Positions 23,393 through 36,094 of a stretch of 64,000 nt of DNA are shown here, one piece after another. Every line of letters begins with the position of its first letter. Within the stretch, counting starts at the first letter, position 1. Source of the stretch: Schmidtea polychroa (Eukaryota); the NCBI GenBank assembly GCA_044892525.1, contig CM097885.1, positions 200,756,001 through 200,820,000 of the forward strand, written 5' to 3'. The notes beneath the pieces were generated by a model. The model was not told the origin of the DNA. It ran no database searches and worked only from the letters and a program-made list of their open reading frames with translations. Both the position numbers and the translations under genes were made by a program.

Positions 23393-24699
23393 GTCTTGGC
23401 TTGTAATTTTATTATTTATTATTATTTTTATATTTTTATTGTAATTTGTTAGCTTTTAATAACTTAACTTAGTACTTATTATTATTTTATTTATTTTCTT
23501 ATTTCTGTTATTTTTTTCCTTATTTTTTCGTATTTTTCCTACGGTTTTATTGTTATTTTTTGTAACATAATTTTGTTTTAATTAGACTTATAATTGGTTT
23601 TATTTTTATTTTGTTTTTATGGTAATTTATTTTCTAACTTTGTTATATTACTTCTATTTTGTCTGTTGGATATCTTGGATTTTATCTCTTTTTGTCTTGT
23701 TCTTACATCTTAGGGGTTTATTTATTTTGTTACTTATTCCAATTTCTTTTCTTAATATCTTATTATTCTCCTTATTTATTACTGCGATTTTACTGTAATT
23801 TATTTTGTATCTTATTTGTTTATTTACGGGGTTCGTCTTCTTCCGATTTGATCCAGTTTTTCAACTCCAAAACTTAGCCCAACACAATGCCACTACCTTT
23901 TTCAAGTGTGTTTATTATCTCAAGCTTTTTTTTCAGATGAGTTGGATTTGATTATGAATTTTCATTATTGCTATTTTTAATTTTATCTTAATCTTCACTT
24001 TCAATATTTCGTAAATGATTAGAATGATAAAATAATATGAATAATAATTTCTCTTATTAAATTCGACGCGAAATTAGTTTTATCATTTAAAAGCTAATCA
24101 GTCTTATCAGAAAAATTATCATTATAGTATATATTCTAAGAATTCACACTGAAAATACGAGTAAAAGGACTTTTTTTATACATTTCTTTTATGAAAGCTA
24201 TCTACAACAATAAAGGTAATGAGTTTAGCTGCAAATATTACTGAATGAATCGTCTTTTGTTGACCAAGTATTTATATGAGTTTTTCTGAAATTTACCAAA
24301 CCAGTCGAAATTCTATAATATGCTCGTATTTTCTATTTTTATGAGTCAAAAACTGTCAGCCGCTGGAAAACTAATGACTATCAAATAGCCAGGCCGTCGA
24401 CAGACGCATCGCTCAAAGTTCACGTGCAGCAACAATACTTTAGTTAAGTTTACTTGCTTACCTTGTTGTTAAATTTATATATTTGCTGTGCAGTATTATG
24501 TTCTCAAACTTAAATAAAACGAATTCAAAGATAATATATGATTCGTCTTTTATTATAATTGTTCAATAACATTATTTTTTATTTAAAAGATATAGATAAA
24601 TAGTTATAAAGAAGTAAGCCTTACGATGATAATAATGACGATGTTAACGATCAGGCTGATGAGCCCACGCCTAGTACAACTAAAAATTTCCCTTCTCCA

Positions 24700-25187
24700 A
24701 AAAATATATTGTTCATCGGAAATATAATGACGATTTCTTAAAATTTGGATTTATATCTACAATGGAAAAAGATATAATTGTTCCCGAATGTGTGGTAGGT
24801 GGTTTTAAATTATCAAATAGTGCTATGGTTCCGAGCAAACTGCAACGTCACTTGCTGACATACCATCCTTCGCATGCATCATAGCTCAGATTCTTGCCTT
24901 TCGCAACTGCTTTTGCCATTTCCTAATACTTCTTCCATCATATTTTCCTTTATTATCAATTCTGTGCATGATCACGCTTTTATTTGTCTTTTTCCTTCAC
25001 CTACTTTTTATTTAAATTTTCAACCTAAATTTATTTAAATCTATTTTAATTAACTGACCTCGACTATATTATATATTGAAAATTATTATTGGTAAGTTAA
25101 ATTCTTTAAAGAATATAAAGATACTATGGCACCAAAATTTGAAATTGTTAAAAGTGTGCCGCGACAAAATAAGGTTGAGAATCACTT
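24700..25187 (+). mobile_element. hAT (Charlie/GTF2IRD2-like) remnant with right TIR
   Basis: KYNDDFLKFGFIS...PECVV...LSNSAMVPSKLQRHL BED-finger motif; aaggttgagaatcact TIR-like end. Confidence 0.7.
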
Positions 25188-25413
25188 CTACGACTTGCAT
25201 CTTTCAACCATTCAACATAGACCAACTGCAGGTCGGGTGAGCAATTTAATTTAACTGGGCATGTTAGTAATAATTTGGTGTTCACTGATGGATAGGAGAA
25301 AAACTTTTAAAAAACGAAAATGAATGATAAAATTTTTTAAAAATCGATTTTTGTGAAAAATATTTATATAAAAAATAAATTCTCAATGAAAATTGTAACC
25401 AATTATTTTAAAT

Positions 25414-25632
25414 TTAAGTATTTAATCTTTGATTTTCTGAAATAGTTTCGGTGTTGATATCAAACCCCGAATAAGAAAATGAACGAATGAAATTTCTATT
25501 TGAATACGATTCATAATTTGGTTGGTTATAAATATCGGCATTTGCAGGTTTTCGGAATATGTTGGTGAATGTTCTTCGTTGCCAACCATAAACTATGGCG
25601 TTTAGGATTCCATGTAAAGGATTTGTCAAACT
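25414..25632 (-). CDS. TMEM116: TMEM116-like last exon (TM7 and tail)
   Basis: tttag|SLTNPLHGILNAIVYGWQRRTF resembles TMEM116/cAMP-receptor-like ALTATSQGLLNCGVYGW. Confidence 0.6.
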   Translation of the reverse strand, partial: SLTNPLHGILNAIVYGWQRRTFTNIFRKPANADIYNQPNYESYSNRNFIRSFSYSGFDINTETISENQRLNT

Positions 25633-26909
25633 CTAAATACATAACTTGTTACAGGACTTTCAAAATTGTAGGATAAATATATTTAGTTATAAGCACAAAT
25701 CAATCACAATATAAAGACCTGGCCGAAAATATGCAATGTCATGTTTCCAGGGCGTCCTTTGATATATATATATATATATATATCGAATACCTATCGAATA
25801 AGTCGAAATAATGAGGAAATATCAGAAATATTCATGCGTTTGTGTTTAGATTTTTAATTTAAGCTTTTACCACTATTTGGTGAGTAAGTTTTCTCAAAAT
25901 TATGGCATCAATTTGTCACACGTATGCTTTTGCTGCGCCTCTGTGGCCTATTCACAAGCCTTCGAAACGGGTTTGAACGCAAGAAACAGTTAAAATAATA
26001 ATTCTAAATTTTATTTATTTTTTAATTTTTATTATTTTATCAGTATTTTTAAACATATTTTACGTCATTTTAAACTTCTAACTTTTATCACGTGAAAATG
26101 AAATATGTCATTATATCAGATTATATACAATGAATCACTATTTTTAATTTTCAATTTTATGATTTTAATGCCTAAGTTCGATGTGAACCGATGCTAATTA
26201 AATAGTAGATCAATTAATTCGAGTGAAAAATAAAAAATAAAAATATAATTAACGGACAAAAATTGATAATTAATTGGTCAAATCATTCAAAACACCAAAA
26301 AGGTTTAACCCTGAGTTTTATGAGTTTCTGTGAAAAGTGCTTTATTTAATGTAAAATTATATATAAATTATCAATATTTAATACACCAATACCTCACTTT
26401 GTGTCCATAATTAATTCTACAAAAATGTTATGCAAACTGAAAAGACGAAAATAGAAGCAGTATTTTTCATTCATTTTTAATGTGAAATTATATTTGGATT
26501 TCAATCTTACATTTTTATTTTAACTGTTTCACAATATTATTTTTTCATTAAAATGACTAAAAATTATAAAATAATGCAAAATTACAAATCAAAACGCAAA
26601 CATTTTGTCCTAGCAGCTATAAATCAAAATACAAAATTCTCTTCTATATTCAAATTTTCGATACATAAAACATTGTGGAAATTCATTTATTAAAACCACC
26701 AATAACTAATAATAACTAAGTATTCATTTTAAACCTTTAAATATCGTCACTGCAATAAATTGTTAATTAGATAATTATGTATTTACATTGATCATTTAAA
26801 AAATTCACAATCAACGGTGGAAATTAAAATATTTACTGACAATTTATTTATTTGTGTTTCTTTTGTCTATACATTGGCGTAAAGTCCTAACTCCAGTAAC
26901 TCCAGAATA

Positions 26910-27576
26910 TGTTGATCGATTGTTCTATTTGCTTTGACCACACAATTTCTTTACTCCACTTTTACTTTATATTCAATTTTATAAAAGATTCTTGTCACTT
27001 CTCTTTTCACTCATTTTGATTCCCCTTTTTACTCTGTCGTCTCTAATTTCACTCTACTTTTTGTCTCTAATTTCGTTTCGTTTTGCTCTCAACTTCGTTC
27101 TGTTTTCGTTCTAAATTTGTTCTCAATCTATTCTGATTCTCGTCCACCAGTTTTCCTTTATATAGTTGTTTTGTTTGTGGCACTGGCGACAGATTCTGTT
27201 TACCATTTTCCTTTTCCTCTACATCAGCCTTATCTCTGACAGATGTCAAGATATTTTTCCATTTTCCTTTTCTGTTAAGCCGCCTTCTTCCGACAATTTC
27301 GCTATCTTTGACAAGCTGTCAAGATGCGGCTTTTCCCTTATTTTGTTTTTCTGGAATTTGAAATTCCACCTTCATTTGTACTTCTTAATTAACAATGACC
27401 TTTGTTTTAATTTCTTGTTTGTTTCCTTTTATTTGATTTATCTTTCTCATTTTTAATTTCTTTTTACATCTGTTTTCTTTTCTGAGTTCCCATAGATCGT
27501 CCAATTTGTCATGACGATTTTCCCCCAGGTAATTTATTTATTTATTATGTTATTTTTCATTTAGGTATCCTTAACA
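26910..27576 (-). mobile_element. Solo-LTR-like element, left end uncertain
   Basis: Ends taggtatccttaaca; shares ccagttttcc..tatatagtt, gtggcact and agatcgtcc..tttgtcatg with 18010-19000. Confidence 0.65.
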
Positions 27577-28154
27577 GAACGTATCTCAATTGTGTTTGGT
27601 GTAACCAGCCTACAATATTGCCAACTCATGAAGAGCGGTTTGCTACGACATCATGTGCTTGAATTCAGAACTCCATAAACCCGACAGAGAAGTTTATAAA
27701 TCACTAAAAGTGTGTATCGACAGAAAATGCCTGACAGACGAAAACATACAAAATCGGGTGGATCGAAAATATCAACCTTGTTTATTACTACCTGCAAAAG
27801 TTGACTTACCTAAATAAAAGTATATTATGCGCAATATAAGAGTTATTGAAGAACTTCTATAGGTCATTTTCTTTTACAAATAATACGTATTCCACTTGTA
27901 TATAACGTTTATGCAATTTACTAATAATTGGATTGTTTTATTAAGAAATATGTAAAAGTTAGATCGAATAATTATTAAATAATTATTTCGTTTATCCTAT
28001 GGTTTGCTTCGCGACAATTTGATATTTATTTGTTTATATATACAAAATTGACATTATAATTTGACTAAATCAACTCCTAGAACAGTTATTGTGCTTACCA
28101 ATTAGGTTTTGTATCAATAATTATAGGTATTAAAATGTTAACCATATTCCTTAC

Positions 28155-30985
28155 TAAGGTGCATATTAAACGTATATATAAACGTATATATAAAACGTAT
28201 ATATTTAAACGTATATATAAACGTATATATTAAACACGTTCTCCGACGAAGCATTCGGTGTTAGGTTTTTCTCAAGAGTTGGTAAGAAATAAACTCCCCA
28301 CGAAGGAAGATGTTTTAAAGCTAATATATTGGTGAGAGCGCAACAGTTAGAACAGGAAGTCAGATAAACACTACTAATGAATTATTAAAAATTGTAGCTC
28401 ATAATGATATGGGAGAAAGCAAGCATTCCAACAATTCTAATTCCTAATATACTTGCTCAATTGAAGAAGATCGTAAAAAGGAACAAAAAATTACAATATC
28501 TGCAATGTTCATAAAAAAGACTTACGCGTAAAACAAAGTAAAATGAGTTCTTAAAAATAAGGTTATCAACTCCATCAACTAGTCAAATGGAAACAAAGTT
28601 GATTCATGTATATGACACAGAAAAGCCCAATTTCGTCATTAGTTCAATTAAAGAAAACTTTTAAATTGGTCTTGATAATTCCAAAACTGAAAAAGAAGAC
28701 AGCAACCAAAACAGATGCAAATATCCTTGTCTAAGTGCAGTTATAAACAGAACAGGCGTTAGCAATCTAGACGCAAGTAAAATTATTAATGCATGCTTGC
28801 ACAACATGGAACATGCTCAGCTGAGCAATGTACTGGAAGCGACAAAACTCAAAAGATTGAGAGTGTATTGGCGTAAAAAGCCTATAGAAAATCAAGCAGA
28901 GCAAGTACAGGGACTAATATGAATTGATTTCGATGGCAGAAAAGATGACACAAAAGTGGTAGAAACAGATAATATCAGAAGAACACACAAACAAGACCAT
29001 TATGTTGTCAACTCATTTCCTGGTGATCAGTACAGTGATCATGTGTCTCATCAAATCGTTAATTCAAGCGATATGACCATAGAACTTGTTAGACGCAATT
29101 AAATTCAAATCTTCTTCAAACATTTATTTTTTATAACAACTTGAAATTGTATCTTTTTTTTAGTGTATTTAAACACCGAGGCGTGATAATTCTTAATATT
29201 AATGTAGTTACTGGTCATACATTTAATTGATTTAATTTATATAATTTAATATAATATGATATAATTTAATATAGAATTTAAATATAAAAATTTAACAGAT
29301 AATTATTTCTACTAACTGATCTCACTTCTATCATTTAACCATAATAATTTTATATAGGGGTTTACTAACACCTTACATCCCCCCTTCTTTAAAATGCTTT
29401 AACTTTTCTATATTCCTCGTTATTTTTCTCCCGTTTTCGTCTGTTAATAAGTAACTTCTTTCATGATTTCGTTTTATTACTGTGTATGGTCCTTCATATC
29501 TTTCGTGATCTTTGTTTCTAATTTCTTGTTTCACCAATACGTCGTCCCCCACTTCTAAGTTCCTAGTTGTGCCAATTTCTTTCGCTTGCTGTCTTTTAGC
29601 CTCTAATTTCCGCATGATTTCATTTCTATCCACTTCATTGTTACTATGCCATTGCGATCTATTAATCTTTCTCCCAAATATAATTTCTGCTGGACTCACT
29701 CCAGTAGTTTTTTGAGCTGTTGCATTTAAAACGTATTCTATATCAGGTATTAATTCTGCCCAGCTTTTTTTAACTCCTTCTCTGAGTGACGCGTTAATAT
29801 AGTCTCTTTTAGTACGAAATTATCTTTCGATTACACTATTAGTATTATGATGATACGGACTCGAAAATATCAACTGAATTCCTGCTGCCTTTTCTAGTTC
29901 TTTAATACTATTTGCTTCGAAATTCTTTCCACGATCAACATGTAATTCCTTAGGGGCTCCAAATTTCAATATCCAATTATTTAACAAAACTGCCTTTATT
30001 ATATTTTCATCTTGCTTTCTAAAAGGAGTTAGAGATATGTATTTGCTGTAATGATCGATTATTTCACAAATATATTTTTCTCCTCTGAAGGTTTCTCTTA
30101 ATGGACCGCAAATATCCATGTATATTTTCTCCATAGGTTCTGAAGCTTGAATTACTTGAGTTTTTTCTTTTGACTTTGTAGTTAAAACTTTGTTTTTCTG
30201 ACATGCTTCACATATTGAAATAGTCTTTTACTTCATTTAGCAAATCTTCCATATCAAAATTGTTCCTAATATAATTCATAACTGTTTCTACTCCTGCGTG
30301 GCATAATAATAAATGTGTTTTCTTAATCATTTCTCGTCTTTTTGTTTCTGGTATCCATATTTTGTTTTGATTGGTATAGATAATATTTCCTTTTAACCTT
30401 TATTTATTATTTTCTTTTCATTTATTTGATCTTTTATTTTTTAGAGGCGTGATAATTCTTAATATTAATGTAATTACTGGTCATACATTTAATTGATTTA
30501 ATTTAATATAATTTAATATAATATGATATAATTTAATATAGAATTTAAATATAAAAATTTAACAGAGATAATTATTTCTACTAACTGATCTCACTTCTAT
30601 CATTTAACCATAATAATTTTATATAGGGGTTTACTAACTCCTTACAGAACTGTTGTCCGTAATCCACGACACCAAGTCTATTCATTCATTATGCGATATC
30701 ACCAATGTCAACACAGGGCAAAATAACGGTGTCATACGGAAGCTGGAAATGAGCTGTGACTTATTTGCATGTTGCATTTGACTGAATTGCCCTTTTGAGA
30801 TGTCAATAAACTACTCGATGGTAAAACCTTTAGATCTACACAACTGACGGGTGCCATTGGATGTTAACTCAATTTGGACCCTTGCTCAATACCCATTGTG
30901 TCATTTTGCGCAAATGTTGGTCAAGTGGTGAATTTGGATGCTGACTTTGAGGATAATCTCACTCAAGACCAAAAACTTTGCTGAT
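28155..30985 (+). mobile_element. Degraded hAT-superfamily (hATm-like) transposon, split by the 29087-30646 insertion
   Basis: TAAGGTG start with aaacgtatatat subterminal repeats; IWEKASIPT, FDGRKDDT, TNVNTGQNNGVIRKLE, LICMLHLTELPF and DNLTQDQK motifs; frame restored across the GAACT TSD. Confidence 0.7.
29087..30646 (-). mobile_element. Internally deleted Ty3/Gypsy element F (partial 5' LTR + integrase + 3' LTR)
   Basis: 5-bp TSD GAACT; 3' LTR 29087-29377 after the PPT; 5' LTR remnant 30444-30646 fused directly to pre-integrase sequence (HLLLCHAG...C..C, DICGP). Confidence 0.9.
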
Positions 30986-31344
30986 TATAGTGAGAGGGGG
31001 CTCCTTGGTCCTCAGAATTTCAATACAAAAAGATGTTCCTCGCTAAAAATGACAAGGAATTTTCTAATTAAATTAAGGTGGGTCTCCTTGGTCTTGGGAT
31101 TTTCAATACAAATATCAGTCTTCACTAAAAAACCAAGGATTTTTCTGTTTTAGTGAAGGGGTTTTCAATACAAAAATCCTGGGATTTTCAATACAAAATC
31201 CGATTATAACTAAAAAGTTGAATTTTCTGACTATAGTGACTATATTCGAATTAACTTGAATTGAATTGTTTTTGAATTGACTTGGGTTGCATGGATCTAT
31301 CGCCTTCCTTCAGCGCACATATTGACCCTATATCTTCTGGGCCC

Positions 31345-31597
31345 TGTCTTATAATACTTGTTAAGGTTGAATGTGGTGATGGGCCTACCCTCATCATCCA
31401 ACACTTGGATGGTGACGAGGATCCGCCGCGAAGTGGTGCGCTGCAAAAACGTTCGTTGGGTTCACAACTGGCAGCTCTCGAATCCGGGATTTCAACTCCG
31501 TGTTGGTATAGACTTTATGGTGCTCTTGGGACTGCTCCTCGATGAAGATCCGTTGTGCCCGGATCTCTTTTAACAGATTATCCCGGTAATGTTCTAG
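31345..31597 (-). pseudogene. Third, fragmentary copy of the element-A/C unknown protein
   Basis: LEHYRDNLLKEIRAQRIFIEEQSQEHHKVYTNTELKSRIRELPVVNPTNVFAAHH aligns without gaps to residues ~61-115 of the 258-aa ORF. Confidence 0.8.
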
Positions 31598-32324
31598 CTG
31601 GATATATAAATATATATATATTGATAGAACAAAGGATGAGTTCTATATTAAAGTTTAAAGAGAATTTTAGGCAATCATAAAATATGCAGATTTCCCACCA
31701 GATTTTTTTCCCGCTGGCTCAAAAAAAGTATTCGATCATCCAAAATCACTAGACTTAAATGAAAGTAGTGGTGGCCAAACTTATTTATACTTGGGCCAAA
31801 AAATGAAATTTACATGATTCAGAGGGCCACAAAAATTTTTTTTTCAATCATATTAAAAAGTATAAATCCAAATATGTAATACAATTGATGGAAATTAAGT
31901 GTATTTTATTTATAATTAAATTTTAATTCATTTTTAATTCAGTTTTGTAAAAAAATTAAATACAAAATATATACATAAAATTCCAAAATTGTAGTTTTAT
32001 TTATTTTAAATAATGAAAGAATGTATTACCTTTATTATATATAGTGGATTAAGAATGGTCCTATCAGTAACACCAGCGACAAAGAGGATATTTACTAAAA
32101 TTGCTAAATAAGAAATCGAAAACATGAAATTGTATGTAAATTTATATAAATAATATGTTACAGAAATCTAAAAGGTTTTAATATAAATTGATGGTTAAAT
32201 TAATATTTATAACCGACAATTTTATAGTATTCAAGCCAAGGAAAAAAAGCTGATCAAAAGAGTTTAAGGGAGAATATATTATTTGTTTGATGAATACCCG
32301 TTTATTACCCATATATATCCGTGC

Positions 32325-35300
32325 TGTTAGGGATATTTAAATATAGTAAAAGTATATAATAAGTATAAATGCTGGCACGCATAATTATCATTATTATTAA
32401 ATTAATTAATTCGACATTTAAATCGATTGTTTGAATAATACCAGATTTAGGCAATCAATTTGTATTTTCATACATTTTTAGGAAATTTGGCTTCAATTAT
32501 TAACATGGTGACCCTGGCAATGATCAATAAAATGATCCCAGATATTTACGATGGCAGCGTCGATGTAGAAATTTTTATTGGAGAATGCAAGAGGTATTTC
32601 CAATTATGTGGACTAGAATAATCCAGACAAAGTATAATGATCAAATGCTTGATCGCAAGAGAGTTGTTGACGATTTATGAAGCAATAGAAGAAAATGAAA
32701 CTTGTTTTGAAGACAGATTGAAAAAGACTTTCAAGAAGCCAACGACGTTGATAGGAGATTATCTAAATCTTTGCAATTATGAAAGGAACGAGGATACTGC
32801 CCCAGTATATTTCGAAAAAATAGAAAAGATGGTTGACCAAGTTCTGGAGCACAAATCGGACAAGAAAGAATTAATGTCATATTTTTTGGTCCATTGTATC
32901 TAAGACAAGGATACAGAAAGAAATAAAGATGAGAGATGCGATGAGCGTCGATGAAATGAAAAGAGTGATAAAGAAGATCGGTGATATAAACATTGAAGTA
33001 TCCGAATTTCAGTTATAAATAGAAGGAGGGAAACGTTTGCGAGTATTATTAAGACAAGGCAAGGATTTGCCGATAGACAGAACCAAAGCAGAAATTTTAC
33101 AAATTCACAACGGATCGAAGTGTAATAATAGGCATAAATAATTACTTTAAGAATTGTATGTTGGATACAGGAGCTAGAATGAATGTGATTGATAGTTCGA
33201 TTATAAAAGAGATCGAAAATCCAGTTTTAAACGAACACGGAGACAAAATTTGATGCGCAAATGGTAGTCCATTAAAAACTTTGGGTAGACACAAGCTTAG
33301 AATAAATATAGGAAATAGAGAAGAAAATATTGTTTTTGTAGTAGTTGAAAATGGATCTCCATCAATATTTGGAGGAAAAGATTTATTACGTAGGTTTGAC
33401 ATTAAAATAATGAAAGTTATCGAAAATAACAGCGCAAATGCAATCAAATATAATAATAATATAGAAATATACAACTGAAGCCAAATTTGGGAAAAGAACG
33501 AGTGATGAACTTCGATTTAAAAGAGCAATAGAATTAGTAGGATTACGGTGTGACAACAATCTTTATGGAGTAATAAAAAATGCGAAAGTATTTATGATAG
33601 ATAAATGGGATATAGGCAAAACCAATCTATTAAAGCATGATATTAAAACTGTTGAATGATCATTCCATTTGAACCCAAGAAGACAACCAGCTCACTTAGA
33701 AGAAAAGATTGAAGAAGCTATTAAAATATTGGAAGAAAACGGCATAATTAGGAAGTGTGACTCACCGTGGAATACGCCGTTAGTATGTGTTTGGAAGAAA
33801 GAGAAAAATGATATTCGATTATGTTTAGATTTAGATTTATTTTAGAAGTTTAAATAAAATGACAGAAAAACAAATCTTCTCAATGCCTAATATCGAACAG
33901 ATGTTAGATTCATTAAATGGATCAATGTACTTTAGCACAATTGATCTGGGAAGTGCGTATTATCAGGTTGAATTGACAGCAAATTCGCAAGAAAAGATAG
34001 GGTTCTCAACAAGATCAGGACAGTTCTGCTTTAATAGGATGCCATTAGGAATAAGTACATTCCAAAAATTAAGGAAATTTATTATGGAAAATTGTTATAG
34101 TGTATTTAGATGATATTTTAATATTCTCAAAAGACAGAGAAGATCATATAAAAAGAATAAATGAAGTATTAGAAAAATAAAAGAAGCAGGATTGAGAATA
34201 AATCCTGAAAAATCCAAATTTTTGGAGAAGGAGTCAAACTTTCTTGGTCATATTATAACTTGTGAAGGTGTTAAAGTCGATGAAGCGAAAATCGAAGCAA
34301 TAAAAGTGTTTCAAAGACCAAAATGTTTAAAACAATTGAGGAGTTTCTTCGGACTGTGAAATTATTACAGAAAGTTTATAAAGAATTATTCAAAATTCGC
34401 AAGAATATTAGAATCGATGTGCGGAAACAATAAAGACAAGTTTGTTTGGTCACAAGAATGTCAATAAACTTTGAGGAATTGAAGAAAGCACTATCAACTA
34501 CACCAGTTCTAATATATCCTAATTATGAGAAAGAATTTATTTTGGATACGGATGGTAGTTCCTACATCATTGGAGCTGTTCTGTCACAGATTGAAGGTAA
34601 TGAACGTGTTATTGACTATGGTTCACATTCGATGAGTAAACCTGAAATAGGATACTGTATCACGAGAAAGGAACTTTTAGCAATTTATTACTTTGCACAG
34701 CATTTTAAGTACTATCTGTACGGCAAGCTATTCCAGCTAATAACGGACCACAAGGTTATAAAATTTATGATCACAACTAAAAAAATACATTGGCACAATT
34801 TCTGGCATGGATAAGCCTCTTGAGTAGTTTAGATATGGACATTAAATATCGAAAAAGAATTGACCATTCAAACGCTGATGCGTTATCGAGAGATAAATTT
34901 CAGAGATGTACACAGTGTATAAAAATTCATGAAGATGCAAAGACAGAGAAAAATAAAAACCAGATTGCTGACAGCTACTAAACATGGATTTCAATGGCTA
35001 AAAGGAAATGAAGAGATAGAACATATAAGAAAAGTAATTGATAAAAATGAGACTACAAGGTTTAAAATTGACGAAGATTTAATTTTAACAAGAGAAAATA
35101 AAATTTTGATTCCAAAAGAAAATAGAATAGAATTTGTCAAAGACATGAACAAAATGCTGTGTCAGGCTGGATGTAAGAAGGTAATCGAATATATAAAAGT
35201 TAATTACGATATGGAGTAATTAAATACAATCGCGACTCAATATATACAAAGTTGTGAAATATGTCAGAAAGGAAAAACCTTGACAACAAAAACAAAAGAA

Positions 35301-36094
35301 ATAGTTGTAAAAACACAAGTGGTGGAACCGTTCGAGGTTATAGCGATATATTTTTGTGGACATTTGAAGGCAAACATTCATGGAAAGAAATATATTTTGG
35401 GAATTATAGATATGTGTAGTCGATACATTTCGTTAACAGCAGTAGCAAAGCAAGTCGAAAAAACTATAGCGGATACTATTGTGAAATTCTGGATATTAAA
35501 ATATAGGGCACCGAGAGTTATTCAAATTGATTGTGGAAAAACATTTGAGTCTAATTTGATAAAAGAGTTGGCAAAGAATCACAATATACAACTAAAGTTT
35601 TCTAGCCGTTATCATCATAACACTAATGGTTTGATTGAAAGACAATTTCGAACTATACGAGATTTTATCAGTACATCATTAAGAGATAAACTTAAGAGGA
35701 ATTGGGTTGAAGTGTTACCTGAAATTGAGTTTACTTTAAATGCTACTATTCAAAGCACAATTGGAAAGAATCCATCAGAAGCAGTATTTGGTTTTCGGAT
35801 ATCTAGAGAATGGAACAATAATAAAAGAATCTACAACGATAGAAGTAAAATAGTGGAGGAAGTGCAATCAAAACAAAGAAATTTAAATTATAAAAATGAG
35901 AACCGGATACACCGAGAATTCGATATAAATGAAAAAGTTTTAGTTAAAGTAGACGTGAGAAAAAAAGAAGACCTATATACAGGTCCTTTTGTCGTTGTTA
36001 AAAAGATCCATGCAAATAGTTACGAATTACGAGACAGAGAAAGAAAAATTATAATTCGCAATGTTGAATGCCTAAAGCTTTTTAAACAGGGAGA
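32325..36094 (+). mobile_element. Degraded Ty3/Gypsy element D (181-bp 5' LTR, gag-PR-RT-RH-IN)
   Basis: LTR 32325-32505, PBS TGGTGACC, LDTGA protease, YLDD RT, RNase H, GPF integrase and PPT at 36083-36094; many stops and frameshifts. Confidence 0.9.

Larger units (their letters stand above)
19741..23884 (-). mobile_element. ~4.1-kb LTR-like gene cassette (element A), unclassified
   Basis: TGTTGG...CCCAACA ends; perfect 4-bp TSD CAAT; no RT/IN; inward minus-strand promoter and spliced ORF; architecture shared with 41374-45224. Confidence 0.85.
19330..23960 (-). pseudogene. pogo/Tigger (CENP-B HTH) transposase remnant, split by the 19741-23884 insertion
   Basis: Removing the insertion and one TSD restores THLKKKLEIINTLEKGSGIGNYIKLFSVSKSAVQR...ISGL*VKKA...KLDIGEGNFVVS. 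Confidence 0.7.

Noticed and set aside
24655-24680. CTGATGAG as another hammerhead (also CTGAAGAG at ~37079)
   Set aside because: No stem II-GAAA-UH continuation.
30915-30920. TGTTGG as left end of a third cassette
   Set aside because: It lies within continuing hAT transposase coding sequence (reading on to DNLTQDQK).
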